A stretch of DNA of 64,000 nt from Octopus vulgaris (taxonomy: Eukaryota). The notes beneath the pieces are model-generated. The model was not told the DNA's origin and searched no databases. It saw only the letters and a list, made by a program, of their open reading frames with translations. Shown in pieces: positions 34,245 through 47,792 of the stretch; the stretch's first letter is position 1; the number at the start of each line of letters is the position of its first letter. The stretch spans positions 53,134,001 to 53,198,000 of the forward strand of contig OX597827.1 of NCBI GenBank assembly GCA_951406725.2, written 5' to 3'. A program made the position numbers and the translations under genes.

Positions 34245-37200
34245 GGACAGTACAAGGCAAAACAAAGAATGTGTGTGTATGTATGTGAGTGTGTGTTGTT
34301 AGGCTTTTACGCGCATCTCGGACATGCTTGAACAGGTAAAATCTCCCAGTAGCACTGCCAAACCAGAGATTTTTGGAAGTTATCCATCGGTCTGGGACCG
34401 AATGCTCTTTGAAAAAGAGCGACTAGCTGATTTTCTTCGACGCCCGAGACCTCCCCAAGAACATCGTCGCACTTTCCTTTCACTAATCCTCTAAAGGAAG
34501 CTAAAGTGAGCTGTCCACCTATCGCAGTGTCCGACAGGCTGAGGGCTGTGAGCGCTTGAAGACATTCCACTTTCCAAATGCCTTCTCTCGGTCTCTATTT
34601 GACCAGGACTGCAGCTCAATAAAAGTAACCAGCTGAGTAAATACGCATTTGGCGAACGACGACCACACATGTTCACCGTCAAAGAAGCACCGGAGATGTC
34701 GAAACGTTAGCACATATTAGCACATCATCAACCACGGCACGCCCAGGCCACCATGCAGCGGGTGTTGACAGCAGATAGACCGCCTGACCATCAGGACACG
34801 TCCCTTCCACAAGAAGCGGAAGAGTATACACTTCAACGTAATCAGACGGTGGCCAGGACAAGGCATGACAGTCAAGCGGTAATGGATGACGGACTCAATG
34901 TACGCATTAGCCACCTCTGCCTGACTTTTCAGGGATAGATTCTTCTCGGCTCATTTTTGGATGAGAGTAGTCACTCTGCTCGTTACCACATCCCAGTTTT
35001 TGTCTATCTGGAAGTCTGGAAGTCTGAACAAAACCAGACCCCAAACAACTTAACCGATCTGTCCGTCCAGCGCGAAACAACGCAGTTGGACGGTATGGAT
35101 TTTTTCTCCAGGTGCCAGGTCGCAAGCCCACTGACTTTTCTTGGTTAATCGTCGCTCTTGATACTGCTTCGTAGTCACGGAGAGCGGTGCCCGCCATTTC
35201 CATGTGTTTGTTTTCCAACTCCATTACGGTGACGTCTCCAGCATATGCTGACACGCATCTCATACATCCTAGGGCAGTCAGGATGTCCCTCAACGTCTCC
35301 AGCTTGTGTAATAGTGGCTCGAGAGTCAGTACGTACAAGAAGGACGAGAGGGGGCAATCTTGGCCGACCGGGCACATGATATTGACAGATGTCGCTGTGC
35401 ATTGCAGCGATCCAGTCCCTTAATACAAGCCCGAAACCGGTTGCGTTGAGAACCGCCGCCAAGGATAGATGGCCGACACTATCGAAAGCTTTAGACTGAT
35501 TAAAATTGATCAGAGTCCCATCCGTGCTAGTTTCTTTAGCCACTTTCTCGATGATGTATCATGTGAGGTGGAGATTGTTGTGGATAGATCTTTTCGAGAT
35601 TATGTATCTTGCGCCTCCCCAACCAGATCACCGATGACAAGCGCCAACCTCGTAGCTAATACCTTGGCCAAAATTTTGAACTCTGCATTCAGCAGAGTTA
35701 TGGTTCTAAAGTTGTCTATACAGTCCTCCTTACTAATGACTTGTAGGTACGCGGTATTTCGTTATGCAAACAATATGCTATAAAGTATATTAAACGTTTT
35801 TATAAGTCAATACCGCATTCTACAGCGTTAACAGTGCGCTTTACATTACTTGTTAAGGTTATCTCTGCAGATGTTCTATAGAAATTATAGCTAGCACCAT
35901 CTTCGATAGTATTGTTTGCTTACATTTGACGTCTCGAATACGAAGCGTCGTAAAAAAAAGCAATGCTGGTTATAGTTTCTATAGAACATCTGTAGAGATA
36001 ACAGTAACCCCCCCTTGTTCGTTCTTTTTTTCTCAGTAACGCCAATGCTCCTCGGTTCATAAAACTGGGAATTCCCCTATTCTGTTGCCAGTTGCAGTAA
36101 ACGTTTGCCAAAAGGTCACTAAGTGTTGGAGTCCCACCGTACATCTAACAACCCATTCCAATCTTCCGCTAACTCTAAAGGGCGGGACGTTCCCAGAAAA
36201 GTTTCCAGACACCTGAAGAAATCTGGTCGTCCTGCTCGGGGCATAGACGGCAACTAGCTTGAAAGTATATCCTTCGGTGTCTGTCACGTCCAGCACCACC
36301 GACTTGCCCTCCGGATCCAGGAAGATCGTCCGTATTGCAAGATCCAGATTCTTCGGAACCTTCAAAGTGACTCTGCTTTCTGCTCCCAGTCGAGTTAAAG
36401 GTGCGAGCACCTCACAGTCACCGAAAATAGCTTGGAAGTCCATTGAGTCAGAAATTCTGGTTTCACTAATGGCCATCACATTGACATTCTGTGCCCTGAG
36501 GTCGTTGAGCAGGTGACCCTGCTTCCAAGGCGACCCCAGGCCACGTGCATTCACGTTACTTATTCTATTCATGACCATGTTGTCGGGAAAAGAAAATGAA
36601 AGAAAAAGAAAAACTTGAAGGAGCAGTTTGCTCGTCCCTCCTGTTGGATTGGGGTGTTTCCACCAGCAAAGTACCGAGTTTTCTCTTGGTGATGTTCGCT
36701 CGAAAATCTCCGGTTTCCTGTGGGAATATAGTTTTCAGGTGTGTGTATGTGTTTTGTGTTGTTTGAACGATTTGTATGCTTGTAGTTAGGGAGTTATGTG
36801 TGCGTAGTGGGTGTTACAAAATTTGTTTGTGTTATGTTGGTGTGTGTCTTTATTCACAAAATTCATAAAATCTTCGTTTCTTGTGCATATTGCCAAATAG
36901 TTTTACAAACTACTTGGCTGGTCTCTTTACTTAGTATTTGCGGCTGCTGTTGTTGTGTGTGTGGGATAGATTGTGCTTGTCGTGTTATTGGTTGAAGTAG
37001 TGTTTCAGGTGTTTGTGATAGTAGTGTCGAAGCAGTATCTGTTTTGTGTTTATTTTCATCTGTGCAGCTTTTCTTTTCTTCCTCTTCACAGTTTGTGTGG
37101 ATGAGAATTGTTCTGTTTCTGTCGATTTGCTTTTCTTCCTTTCTTTTCCTTTTTTTTTTTTTTTGTTTTGTCTTCCACTCCTCGTCCCGATCAAACTCTG

Positions 37201-38240
37201 CACATGTGATGTCTGCTCGCTCGGTATCGGGAAGTAGAACATCTTCTGGCGTTGAGAAGTGTCTGGGGGAATTTGGTGTTGGTATGTTAGGTATTGGTGC
37301 TGCTGCGGTTGAAGTTGCTGATCTTCATGGTGCTGTTGTCGTTGTCGTTTGAGTTTTGGCGGCTGTTGTTGGTGTTGGGAGGAGAGGTGCTTGCTTTTCT
37401 TTTTCCCTCAATCTAGGGCAGAAAGTTTTTAGGTGAGTGGCTGAAAGACAAATGTGACACTTTGCCTTCCTTCCATCCACTTTGACTGGAATGATATTGC
37501 CTTCAGGAAGATGGATCTGGTCTGGAATGACAATCCACATTCCTTTGGCTTGTTTGGATGAGGACCTCTATCGTCACCCCCGACCAGTTCTCCTTTTTGG
37601 TCTGATATTTTCGAGTTTTCGAGTTTTCCTCGGTGCCTATTGTGACCGCTGCAATAAGCCAAGGAATGCTATTTCTGGCGACCCCTATTGTATGATTATC
37701 TTTGCCAGTTTCTTACCGCAGTAGAAGAGAACCAACAACAGCTCCTCGCTTTTGAGTAGTCTAAGAGAGTGAGATTTAGCTTCCTCCTCCGTGTGGAACC
37801 TCACCTCCACCATCCCGTAGCTTTCCACTTTGAATGTATTCTTTTAGATTCCAAACGGAATATAAAGCCTTTTATATTTGAGCCTCGGTGGCTCATTGTA
37901 TCCTCTTTGACTTTAATTCTATTATACGGTACATCACTGTGCGACGTGTCGCATTTTGGATAGTGTCGATGGCGGTGTTTAGTTTGACAGCTAGGCCATC
38001 TCGCTTGACTAGCTGTCTGGCATTTTTAACTTCCTCTTCAGATAATTTTATTCTCTGAAGAGAGGACTTGGTAGCACTAGCAAAAGAAAGCATAGTGCTA
38101 TTTCAAGATGTTGCATCGGCTTGCTGCTCATTTCTTTCGTGGCTGCTGCTTTTGTTGTTGTTGTTGCTACTGTTGCTGTTGTTGCTTGTTGTTGTGTAGA
38201 CGCCGTCTGTTGCTTCACATACGAAAGGGCCTTCTTTGTT
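34245..38240 (-). mobile_element. Degraded long L1/Tx1-like LINE
   Basis: ORF1 relic with zinc knuckle CHICLSATHLKTFC. ORF2 starts at 36578 (NVNARGL..AISET, APE endonuclease). RT motifs NFRTITLLN.EFKILAK, KAFDSV, QDCPLS, AYAGDV, then FRFLWKG and CPRC. Confidence 0.87.
35732..36009. mobile_element. Unclassified insertion of about 280 bp with internal inverted repeats (MITE-like)
   Basis: Interrupts the Tx1 RT between LLRK and DCIDNFR. 39-bp inverted repeat at 35858-35896 and 35964-36002 (4 mismatches). Degenerate TSD CCTCCTT/CCCCCTT. Confidence 0.65.
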
Positions 38241-40200
38241 TATATTTTCAAAGGGGGTTTATATATCGATTAATATTGTCGTTACTGGAACCGTTGTTTT
38301 TCGAAAGATCCTTTAAGAGATCTGTAGTGGTTAACCGATTTATGATTGAAAATCATTTATTTACAGTGTTAGTTTAGTGATTGGTCACTAAATACAAAAT
38401 GCAGGCAACTGCTACGAGTTGCTTGAATAGAGTACATATTAGAAATATGTGTGTGTGTGTGTGTGTGTGTGCGTGTGTGCATGTTTCATTCGAAACAGTA
38501 GTCAATCGGCACTTTGAGCATTTCTCTAGTGTCTGTCGTCTGCCAAAAACCTTGGGTCGTGGATAAATCTATCTCATGTGTCTTCTCCCGTCTCTGCTGC
38601 TATTGTCTGCTGCCTCTCCTGTTTCACTTGGTTTTATAATATTTGTGGCAGCTAGAAAAACAGACATACTGCAGCAGAGTTAGTACCTATATAGGTCAGC
38701 GCTTGTCCAGTTGAACTTCGCCTGACATGGCTGAGGTCGCAGGTCAAAGGGAGATGATCAATCATTTTTTTACAGAACAAAGCAAATCTTTTTTCGCGCC
38801 TGTTGATCGTCGTGGTTTGGACGACCGAGAATTCTTGGATTCGGTTTCGAATCTAGGCTTAGAGAAGGAAGTGCTGATTCTTACAGATCTTTCTCGAAAA
38901 AATTGGCACTGCTGTCATTTTTCTGTCTGTTATCGAGAAAAAAACAGACCTGTTGTCTGTTTTGGGAGACTGAGTGCCATAGTTTCACACGCTCGCACTC
39001 TCTCTTATTGATATTTGGCGATGCTTTTCACTCTCTTCCCCTCTCTCACATATGACCGTCACCGTATTCTGTTGTATTTTCTCCATGTTGATGGGGGAAA
39101 ACGCTCACAACTTTTCACTAAAAATTAATTCAGTTGAACAGCCCCAAGACCAAAAGTTTTTCTATGCTTGTTGTTTCGGCGATGAAGTTTTTCAGGAGGA
39201 TGTTCAAAGCGCTTTCATTGCCTCCCAATAATTTTGCATCCCCAGTTCCCGAGCCTATGATTTTCTTTTTCCAGAGAACCTTTCATGGCGTCAGATAATA
39301 TCATGGACTGAGGTGCAACTGTTAACAACATAAGTTGGGACACTTTCATCAACAAAGAAGTTGATGTAGCCCGCAAAATATACTCTTGGAACCTTAGAAC
39401 TTTCCAGGTTAAAGATTTTGATACCATTATTCGCCTTTACTCTGCGTTGTTCGGTCTCTCTTTGCATACTGTTTTTCGCTATAGCATCCCTGGACCAAAC
39501 AAAATATTAGGAGAATCGAAGCAGCATGCAAGAAAATATATGGCATGACAGGCCTTAATTAATGAGATGACCTCAAAAGTGATCAAACTCTATTTTGTCC
39601 ATTGCCGTTGTGCACGCTCCATTATTTGTACAATGTGGAAAATATTCCATCAACATTGTTCAAACGATGCTAGCATCAAATTTGAATCTTTGTGGTTTTC
39701 ATCACTGTTTACAATTTCTCACTCTAAAAAAAAAAAAAAATTAATGCATCATATCGATGTAATTTTTGACGTTGAATCCGAATTTATTTTCATTTATTTC
39801 AGAAAAATTTTGCAAAAATGTTACAGGTGTTCAAAGTTTAATAATTTTTCAGAATTTTCAGGCAATCAGAAAACAGCGCATTTGCTGCCTCTTCCATTAT
39901 CAGGGAGTGGGGGCATCGGCACGTTAAAATATTGTTAGAAATAACAGTCAAAACATTAACACGAATGAAGTTAACATTAAATCATTCTAAATCCCCGAAA
40001 TATATCTCATTTTGAATACTACCACCAAATCACTAATGCAATAGTTGCCACTCCTGCCAAACCAGTATCACTACTGAAAAAATTTCAGCCACCTGTCAAC
40101 CTCTGCCACTCCTCACCTTTATATGTGAGCACTATCCCTGTCATCACCATCAGCTTTTGTGACAATTTGGAAAACCATTGTGTTTGAATGAAAGAAGGAG

Positions 40201-40247
<47 letters not shown>

Positions 40248-41169
40248 GAAAGAGAGATAGAAAGTGGGGAAGGAAAGTAGGCAACTTGTTTCAACTTGTT
40301 TGCAAGTAAAGACAATCGCTAGAGTAACCCACACTCAGAGAACAGATTGGGAGAAGGAAAGAAAGAGAGTAAAAATAAAAAAGCTTTCATACGATAAGGT
40401 GAAAATATAATGATAAATCTGGATATAGATTTCTGCATGCATTCGCATACATACGTGTTTGGTTGGAGCTGAGTCACTTGTGACCGAGATGACCTATGCA
40501 GAAGTGGCACTTACTCTTGTAGTTGTCATACCTGTGTGTAGGCTTTTGTTTGTTTTTATCCAGTTCAGGATATTCTTCATCTCACTTGGTCATTTGGAAG
40601 GCTCTCTCAAGATTCCGTATTGATGTCGAACATTTTCATGTCCTCCATGCCGACGTTTTTGTAGCAGAGTGTGGTTAAAACGTCTCATCCCTGAAGTCAT
40701 AGATATCATTTGGGATGCGGCTAACCTCCTTGCGGTGCACATGAGTCGGCCAGCGAGGTTTCGCAGCTCGAGCAGAGTGTACAAATAAGAAAGTCTAGCG
40801 TGAGACAGGTGTGTCGCGTCAGGTACTCTGTCTTGCTAGGATATGTTCAGTGGAAATTGTTCTGTTTTCTTTCCTCTCTGATTTATGCAATCCGTGTCTC
40901 TGCCGCACGGGAGTTTGCTTATGACAGACAGTGTACACTGTTTTCTTTGTATTAATTATGTATTGGGAAATTATTCACATTCAAGATATGAGATGAGTGA
41001 GTTGAGGCTTCCTTCTCGATCCTCCAGTCAACCTCCGTGTCCAAGGAGAAGTCAGTGAGGGTAGTGCCGTGGGATATAAAGGCATGTTCAGCAGCACAGC
41101 GACGTAGATTTCGGACAGGACACAGCCTAGTTTTGACGCCTTTGCGAATATTGAAAGGCTAAAGGGAGC

Positions 41170-42900
41170 TACAGTTGGATTACACAGTCGCCGTCGTAGA
41201 GTAGGCAACACACCAGCAAATTGAATAATGTTTAAGACCAGTTCGGAAGAGCAAAACATATTCCTTCCATGGGGAAGAAATATGAGACTGTCGAAGTGAG
41301 GTTCGCCCCAGAGGAGGAGGCCAAAAATCACTCGACAGCCTCCATAACGAGTGACGAGCTCATCCTCATCCCTCATTTATCTTAGTCGAAGAATATTCAA
41401 AGTTAGAATACTCAACATACCACCAGAAATAAACATCTGCAGCTGGTGGCTGCGATTTATTCCGACATAGAAGAGAAAACCACAATTCTGCGAATACAGA
41501 AGCAAAACTGGTTAGGACAGGGGATGCAGATATTAATACAAGCAGATCAGCAAAGCGTCAAGGCTATCTCAGACTACATAAGCCTATCAAATGGTACAAA
41601 GCTTCACGTGGTTGTTGAAGTAGAAAGCCAAGATATCACCTGTGCAGGGACACAAATCCCCTCAAAGCTTTCTGCCTACAACAAAAGTGAGAAGGGAGAC
41701 CCCCATGGCAAAGGGTTGTGGATCGAAAAAAGCAAAAAAGAAAAAGGAACAAAGTAAAACCGACATCAACACAAAAAACTGGCAGATATGACCAGAGGTG
41801 AGAGAGACAATTGAAAACAAACTCACAAATACCTCCCAACATCAGCCATACGAGAACCACCACCACTATCGCAGGCACCACCATCACAAGGACAACCCTA
41901 TTCATGCACATACCTTTCAGATCGCACATCTCAACACCAGCAAAGCTCAAACATTTTGAATTACACAGCAATAAACACTAACAATAAAGAACGAATGGAT
42001 TACATATACAACCATACAGGCATTACATACATCGATATTATCAAGAAACAATACACCACCACACATTAAAGTTATACAAATATCACAAAACACATACAAT
42101 ACCGTCAAAATAAAATTTCCTAAAGGAGTAAGGTCTTTCCAGAGAGACATAAAAAGACGAATATATAAAGAACTGCTTGTTGAAACATCCACATATACCT
42201 ATGGGGACGGAACATCCATCCCTTCATCGCCAACTAAATTATTGTAAGTGACCTTTTCCGCTTCTATACCTTAATCAAATATGACTTTGCTCAGAGTAGG
42301 CAGTATAAATGCACGTGGCCTGGAGTCGCCTTGGGAAAAGGCCATCTGCTCAGCTACCTCAGGTTAATAAGTGTCGACGAAGTAGCGATCAGTAAAACCA
42401 GACTCTATGACCAAAAAGCTTTCATGTCCATTTTCGGTGGATACAAGATATATTTATCTCCATGTCAACCGGGAATGGGAGATGAAACCGTGGTGTTGTT
42501 CCGAAGAGGCCTGAATCACAAGATAAGGACTATCTTTCTGGATCCAGAAGGTAAGTCGGTGGTCCTGGATGCGAACAGTAGTAATGGGGGTCTCCTCAGA
42601 TAAGTAGCTGTTTGTTTCAACAGGAGCAGGACAACCGGATTTCTTCAGATGTCTGGGGATGGGGGTGGGGTTTTTCCAAGGAACGACTCGACTTTTAGTG
42701 TTAGTGGGTGACTGGAACGCCGTCTTAGAGTCACGTTTGGAGTGGGTGGTCTAGCTGATTGAAGAATGGATGCTAAAAGCCTCGCCAAACTGCCCAGACA
42801 TTTTCAACTGTCTGACGGGTACCGACTGGATTTTCCGGATTTGCCAACGTGGACGAGGACGAAGCGCATCGGGTTATCCAGATTGCATCTATATTGTCTA
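41170..42900 (+). mobile_element. L1/Tx1-like LINE 5' half (ORF1 relic + APE start)
   Basis: ORF2 start at 42281 (MTLLRVGSINARGLESPW) and IRTIFLDPEGKSVVLD, which is shared with 36057-36578. ORF1-like YLSRRIFKVRILNIPPEI lies upstream. Confidence 0.8.
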
Positions 42901-42904
42901 TAGC

Positions 42905-43797
42905 TTAGGCTTCTTTATCTGCTCTTTCTTTTTCATCGGAGAGCTGCAGATTTTTTTCAATCTCCAGCAGTTGTATTTTCAGGCGGGACTCTTCACTGCT
43001 TTCAATTTGTTTGTGTAGGCGATTTGAAACTTTTGTACGACGTCTCATAAGAATTTTCCTCTCTCTGGGGATTTTGTTCTTGTGTACAGTGGCCTTTCTC
43101 TCTGGGACATGTTTGTAACATATGGCTTGCGTTACAGACATGAATTGTTGAAGTTTCAGGTCGACATCCAGTGAGGAGAGACATTTAGGCCAGTTTTGTT
43201 TGAGGATCTCTTTCTCAATTTGTTTCCAGTTTGCCTTATAGAAGTTCAAGCTGGAAAGATTCTGAGTGTTGCTTGTAGGCTGCATGTCCATGCTTTCCTT
43301 TGGTCCGTATATTGTCAGCTCTACCACGTTGTGATCCGAGAGTAGCGTCGGTGTCACTTTCACGTTATGGATGAGATCCATATTATTTGTGAAGCAGAGA
43401 TCCAGTGTGTTAGCTGCCCTGGTTGGTTGGAGTACTATTTGTTCCACGTACAAAGTGTTGATGAGGTTCAGGAGGGACTTCATCTGTGCTTGTTTGCATC
43501 GTGTCATTCCTGGGAGAGAAAGGCCCTCGGGCCATTTGACATTGGAAAGATTGAAGTCTCCCATAAGAAGTACACTTATGTGTTGTTCTAATGTGACTAG
43601 AACTTCTATTTTTGTAAGGCAGTCTTCAAACTTGCCTACATGATTATGAGCATCTGGAGGGCGATATGTAGCACACATAACTACACCGAGTTGTCTTATA
43701 TGTACAATTAGTGTGTCACATACTGAATTTGAGTGTGACAAAAGAACCTGGGGTGTGAGGTCTTCGCGGATGTACATAGCAACTCCACCATGACTCC
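42905..43797 (-). mobile_element. CR1-group LINE APE endonuclease fragment
   Basis: 290-aa ORF preceded by HGGVA, with YRPP, LMGDFNL, PTR..NTLDL, SDHN and FYKANW. Cut at its 5' side by the (TAA)n tail of the Dong-type element. Confidence 0.85.
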
Positions 43798-46700
43798 TAT
43801 TATTATTATTATTATTATTTTTTTTTCTTCTTTCAAATTTTCTTCCATTTCTTGCCGAGTGTCTTCCCGACTCCTAGGGCAAAGAAACTCATAGTGTATA
43901 TTGGTAGGCCATTAAACCAAACTCAGTAGTTCGTTCATTTTTTTTTTTTTTTTTTTTTTTAAAGTTAAATTAAAATGCATGAGCAGCAACAGTTCTCACA
44001 TCGACAATGCTCTTCTCAATACGTGTGATGTACCAGTTAAGACAATCTTTTGCACTTCTTGCAGGGATGGTAAGCCAGGGATCATTCTCATATAATTTTC
44101 GGTTCCCTTCTTGATCATTCCTAGTGCTCCTACGATCACTGGTATTGTAACCGCCTTGAGATGCCACATTTTCTCTCAATTTCAATGAGTAGGTCTTTAT
44201 ATTTCCTGAGCTTGTCAAACTCTTTCGCTGAGATATTATGATCACAGGGGATGCTCATGTCGATCAATAAACAAACTTTATTGTTTTGGTCTTTCACAAC
44301 AATATCTGGTTTATTGGCCTTGATGGTTCGGTCTGTATGTACTGGAAAGTCCCACAGAATGGTTACATTTTCTCCTTCAGTTACAGCCTCAGGGTGGTGA
44401 TTATACCACTTGTCGGCAGTTTTGATATTGTAATGCCGACTTATTAGCCAGTGTTGATATTGGCCAACTCTGTCATGTCTTAATTTATACTCCACTGGTG
44501 CTAAGACTTTACATCCAGAGATTAGGTGGTCCACTGTTTCAATCATGTCGTTGCAGAATCGGCATTTTGGGTCTGCTCCATTTTTCATCACATTGGCCTG
44601 GTAGTTCCGGGTTGATAGGCTTTGGTCTTGAGCAGCCAGGATGAAACCTTCGCTCTCTGCTTTTAGCCCTGAGCTCCGCAGCCACTGATGGGTTTGCTTC
44701 TGGTCAACATCAGCTTGTTTGCTGCGGGTCACATATTTGCCGTGCAGAGGTTTCTCCTCCCACCTATCAGCCAATTGCTCGTGCGCTTTTTTCATTGCCA
44801 TCATTTTCACCTTCTTTGCAGCAATAGTTGCCGTACTTCCCTCGGGTTGTTCAGTTTGGGTATCCTGCACGAGATCAATAGCAAATTTTTTGCTTTCCTT
44901 GATGATAGAATGAAGCTTCTTTCGTCTCTCGTGATTTTCCACGAGCTTTAGCATCCAGTCATTCGATATTTCGAGATATTTGGCCAGTCCAATTGTGGTT
45001 GTTTTGTAAACTAGTTCAAATTGGATCAGGCCTCGACCTCCTTGGGCTCTGGGAAGGTAAAGGCGATCTACGTCTGCCTTTGGGTGGTGCATCCTGTTAC
45101 AACTCAGCAGCTTGCGTATTTTTCTATCTATATTCTTTACTTCACTCATATTCCAGTTCAACACATTGTAGCTATAAGTAACAACTGGAACTGCTAGGGA
45201 ATTTATAGCTAACACCTTGTTACGTGCATTTAGTTCAGATTTCAGGACTGCACGAACTCTCCTATAACATTCCTTCCTGATTTTCTCTTTCATGCTTGCA
45301 TGCTGAATACCAGAGCCTTCATTTATCCCTAAATATTTGTATGTTTGTTCTTGCTCAAGCTCTCTTATGACTGTGTCAACATCTAACACAACTGAATTTG
45401 TGGTCTTCACTTTCCCTTTCTGGAAAGTGGCCTTGGCACACTTCTCAAGTCCAAACTCCATCCCGATGTCATCGCTGAATGATTTCACGGTGCGCAATAG
45501 GCCTTCAAGTTCATTATTGTCTTTACCATAAAGTTTTAAGTCATCCATATAAAATAGATGGCTTATTTTTTTATTGGCAATTTTATACCCATACCCTGTT
45601 CTGTTTAATTCACTTGTAAGGGGTATTAGGGCTATGCAGAATATTAAAGGTGAAAGTGAGTCGCCTTGAAAAATTCCACAGTTGATGTTTATATTTTCTG
45701 AGGCAAGTACTCCATTAGAGTGGTATAATTGGAGATTCGTATTCCACAACGACATATTGTGCTTCAGGAAGTTTGAAATCACAGGGGAAATTTTGAAGAT
45801 GTCCAGCGATCTCAAGATCCATGGATGCGGTATACTGTCGAAGGCCTTTTTATAGTCAATCCATGCGGTGCTGAGATTTCTGCGCTTGTTGTGACAGTTC
45901 TCAAGGATCATACGATTGATTAGCAGTTGATCTTTGCATCCGTAAGAGCCTCGGCGGCACCCTTTTTGTTCAATGGGGAAAATATCGTTCTTCTCCATGA
46001 ATGCATATGTTTTCTCCGCCAGGATAGATGTTAGGATTTTATACGTGGTGGATAGACAGGTTATAGGCCGATAGTTTTTTGGAAGGTTGGTTTCGTTATT
46101 CTTTGGGAGTAGGTAAGTAATGCCACTTGCTAACCATTCAGGTGTTTTCTTTGGGTCTCTCATAATTCCATTGAGCAGCTGAACTAGCTTACCGTGTGCG
46201 CACGGGAGCGATGCGAGCCAGAAATTCGGCACCCTATCTTTACCGGGGGATTTCCAATTATGGGCCTTCGTGAGTGCCTTTCTTAGGTCTGCTATTGTGA
46301 TGTCTTCCCATGCTTGTTGTTGTAAATTTTGGTAGGATCCTTCAGTTTGTATAATCCAGTCTGCATTTATGTTGTACGTCTTCTTGTCACTCCAAATCCT
46401 TTTCCAAAAGTTTTGAACTTCTTCCATGGGAGGGGTGTCTTTAACGGTTACTTTCTCCTTCCCTATTTCTCTGTAGAATTTTTTGGCATTGGATGTGAAC
46501 AGCTTATTTTGCTTGTAAAACTTGTTTCTCTTCTCAAATCTTCGTATTCTTTGGGCTTTTGCTTGGACTTTTTGTTTCAGCGTTTCTTTTATTGATATCA
46601 GTTCTTCTCTTGGTGAGGATCCAAATTTTCTCTTCATCTTTCTTCCTGTTCTGGATCTTACATCATTTCCACATATTAGTTCATTTAATATTGATATTTC

Positions 46701-47792
46701 CCCTCTCATAAATTCAATCTCTTTTTCAATTTTACTTCTCCAGGTTTGATTTCTTCCCAGGTTTTGTTTTCTTTGTTTTTTCGGGGGCACACAGCTGGTT
46801 TCAATTGCCCTAGCAGAAGAAAAATTTCATTTAACTCAGTAAAATCAGGTTTTAATTCTCGTATTATTTCATTTGTTACATAGTTGCCAATTTGGATTTG
46901 TTTTTTATTTTGGTTTGTATTTGAGAGTTTATGAAGCGGTTCTCTATCATTCATACTTGTATGTCTTACAACTTCAAGCGTATTCAGGATTTTCTGCCTC
47001 ATTTCTGCTATAGACTCTCTGTGTTCTTCAGCAAATGCGAGATCTTCAGTTACTGTTGTTCTTTCGTTTTCCTGGCTATCTTTAACAGGTACAATAGAAT
47101 TTCTTGTATCTTCAGGCCTTTGCGTACTTTGGTCAGATGGCAGTCTTTCAATTAAGCCTCGTGGCGGGCTATACTGTTCATCTGATTCTTCATTTCCTTT
47201 GTGTCTTATATTTATGTCATTTTCCGTTGCGTGCTTGATCGCACTTATTTCACTGTCTGTGAGTCTGTTATTTCTAAAGATATCCCTCCTCACATTTGCT
47301 AATTTGTTCTCGTCCAAATAGGGCCTACTGTCTTGATTCCGTGTTCTCCATATACTGTAAGAGTTTGCGGTGTGTCTCTCTTGAGATGGCCTACCTAATG
47401 CATAGCAATAAGCGTATATTACTTCTTTATACTCTTCTCGGGTCCATTTGTTCCGCTTACATTTTTCTTTCTGTTGTGGTTGTGGTGGTGAACTTGGAGG
47501 GCTCGAGTTGGGGGATTTCCCGTTCAAGTGACCATCCATGTCCGTATTCGAAGAAGAGTTTGTGCCATTTGATGACTTTTCGATCCCAGGCTGGCTCTTC
47601 CCTGGGGGACGCGCTTCCAGATTAACCATAGGACAAGCGATTTGGTATACTGATTTAGTTTTCCTTTTAGTTTCCAAAAACATTTTGGTGCTACGATAAT
47701 GTTATCATTTTTTAGCTTTGATTGGCTCGTGGGGAGACGGCCATCATTGCCGTTACAATTATAATCGTACCATTATAGCAGCCGTAGTCGGC
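43798..47792 (-). mobile_element. Apparently full-length R4/Dong-type LINE between TAA repeats
   Basis: ORFs 46706-47683 and 44136-46790 plus a shifted C-terminus make one protein after two small indels. 3' (TAA)n tail at 43798-43817 and degenerate (TAA)n upstream of 47792. Confidence 0.95.
44136..46790 (-). CDS. Reverse transcriptase with CCHC finger and restriction-like endonuclease (884-aa open segment)
   Basis: NYRPITCL, WIDYKKAFDS, GIFQGDSLSP, FYMDDLKLY, CRFC..HLISGC, RHD and KPDIVV..LIDMSIP. Confidence 0.9.
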   Translation of the reverse strand: MPPKKQRKQNLGRNQTWRSKIEKEIEFMRGEISILNELICGNDVRSRTGRKMKRKFGSSPREELISIKETLKQKVQAKAQRIRRFEKRNKFYKQNKLFTSNAKKFYREIGKEKVTVKDTPPMEEVQNFWKRIWSDKKTYNINADWIIQTEGSYQNLQQQAWEDITIADLRKALTKAHNWKSPGKDRVPNFWLASLPCAHGKLVQLLNGIMRDPKKTPEWLASGITYLLPKNNETNLPKNYRPITCLSTTYKILTSILAEKTYAFMEKNDIFPIEQKGCRRGSYGCKDQLLINRMILENCHNKRRNLSTAWIDYKKAFDSIPHPWILRSLDIFKISPVISNFLKHNMSLWNTNLQLYHSNGVLASENININCGIFQGDSLSPLIFCIALIPLTSELNRTGYGYKIANKKISHLFYMDDLKLYGKDNNELEGLLRTVKSFSDDIGMEFGLEKCAKATFQKGKVKTTNSVVLDVDTVIRELEQEQTYKYLGINEGSGIQHASMKEKIRKECYRRVRAVLKSELNARNKVLAINSLAVPVVTYSYNVLNWNMSEVKNIDRKIRKLLSCNRMHHPKADVDRLYLPRAQGGRGLIQFELVYKTTTIGLAKYLEISNDWMLKLVENHERRKKLHSIIKESKKFAIDLVQDTQTEQPEGSTATIAAKKVKMMAMKKAHEQLADRWEEKPLHGKYVTRSKQADVDQKQTHQWLRSSGLKAESEGFILAAQDQSLSTRNYQANVMKNGADPKCRFCNDMIETVDHLISGCKVLAPVEYKLRHDRVGQYQHWLISRHYNIKTADKWYNHHPEAVTEGENVTILWDFPVHTDRTIKANKPDIVVKDQNNKVCLLIDMSIPCDHNISAKEFDKLRKYKDLLIEIERKCGISRRLQYQ

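Noticed and set aside
47725-47792. HDV-like ribozyme at the 5' end of the Dong-type element
   Set aside because: A CGT-CTCCCC-ACG hairpin is present, but P1 would be only 4 bp and the GG needed for P1.1 is absent.
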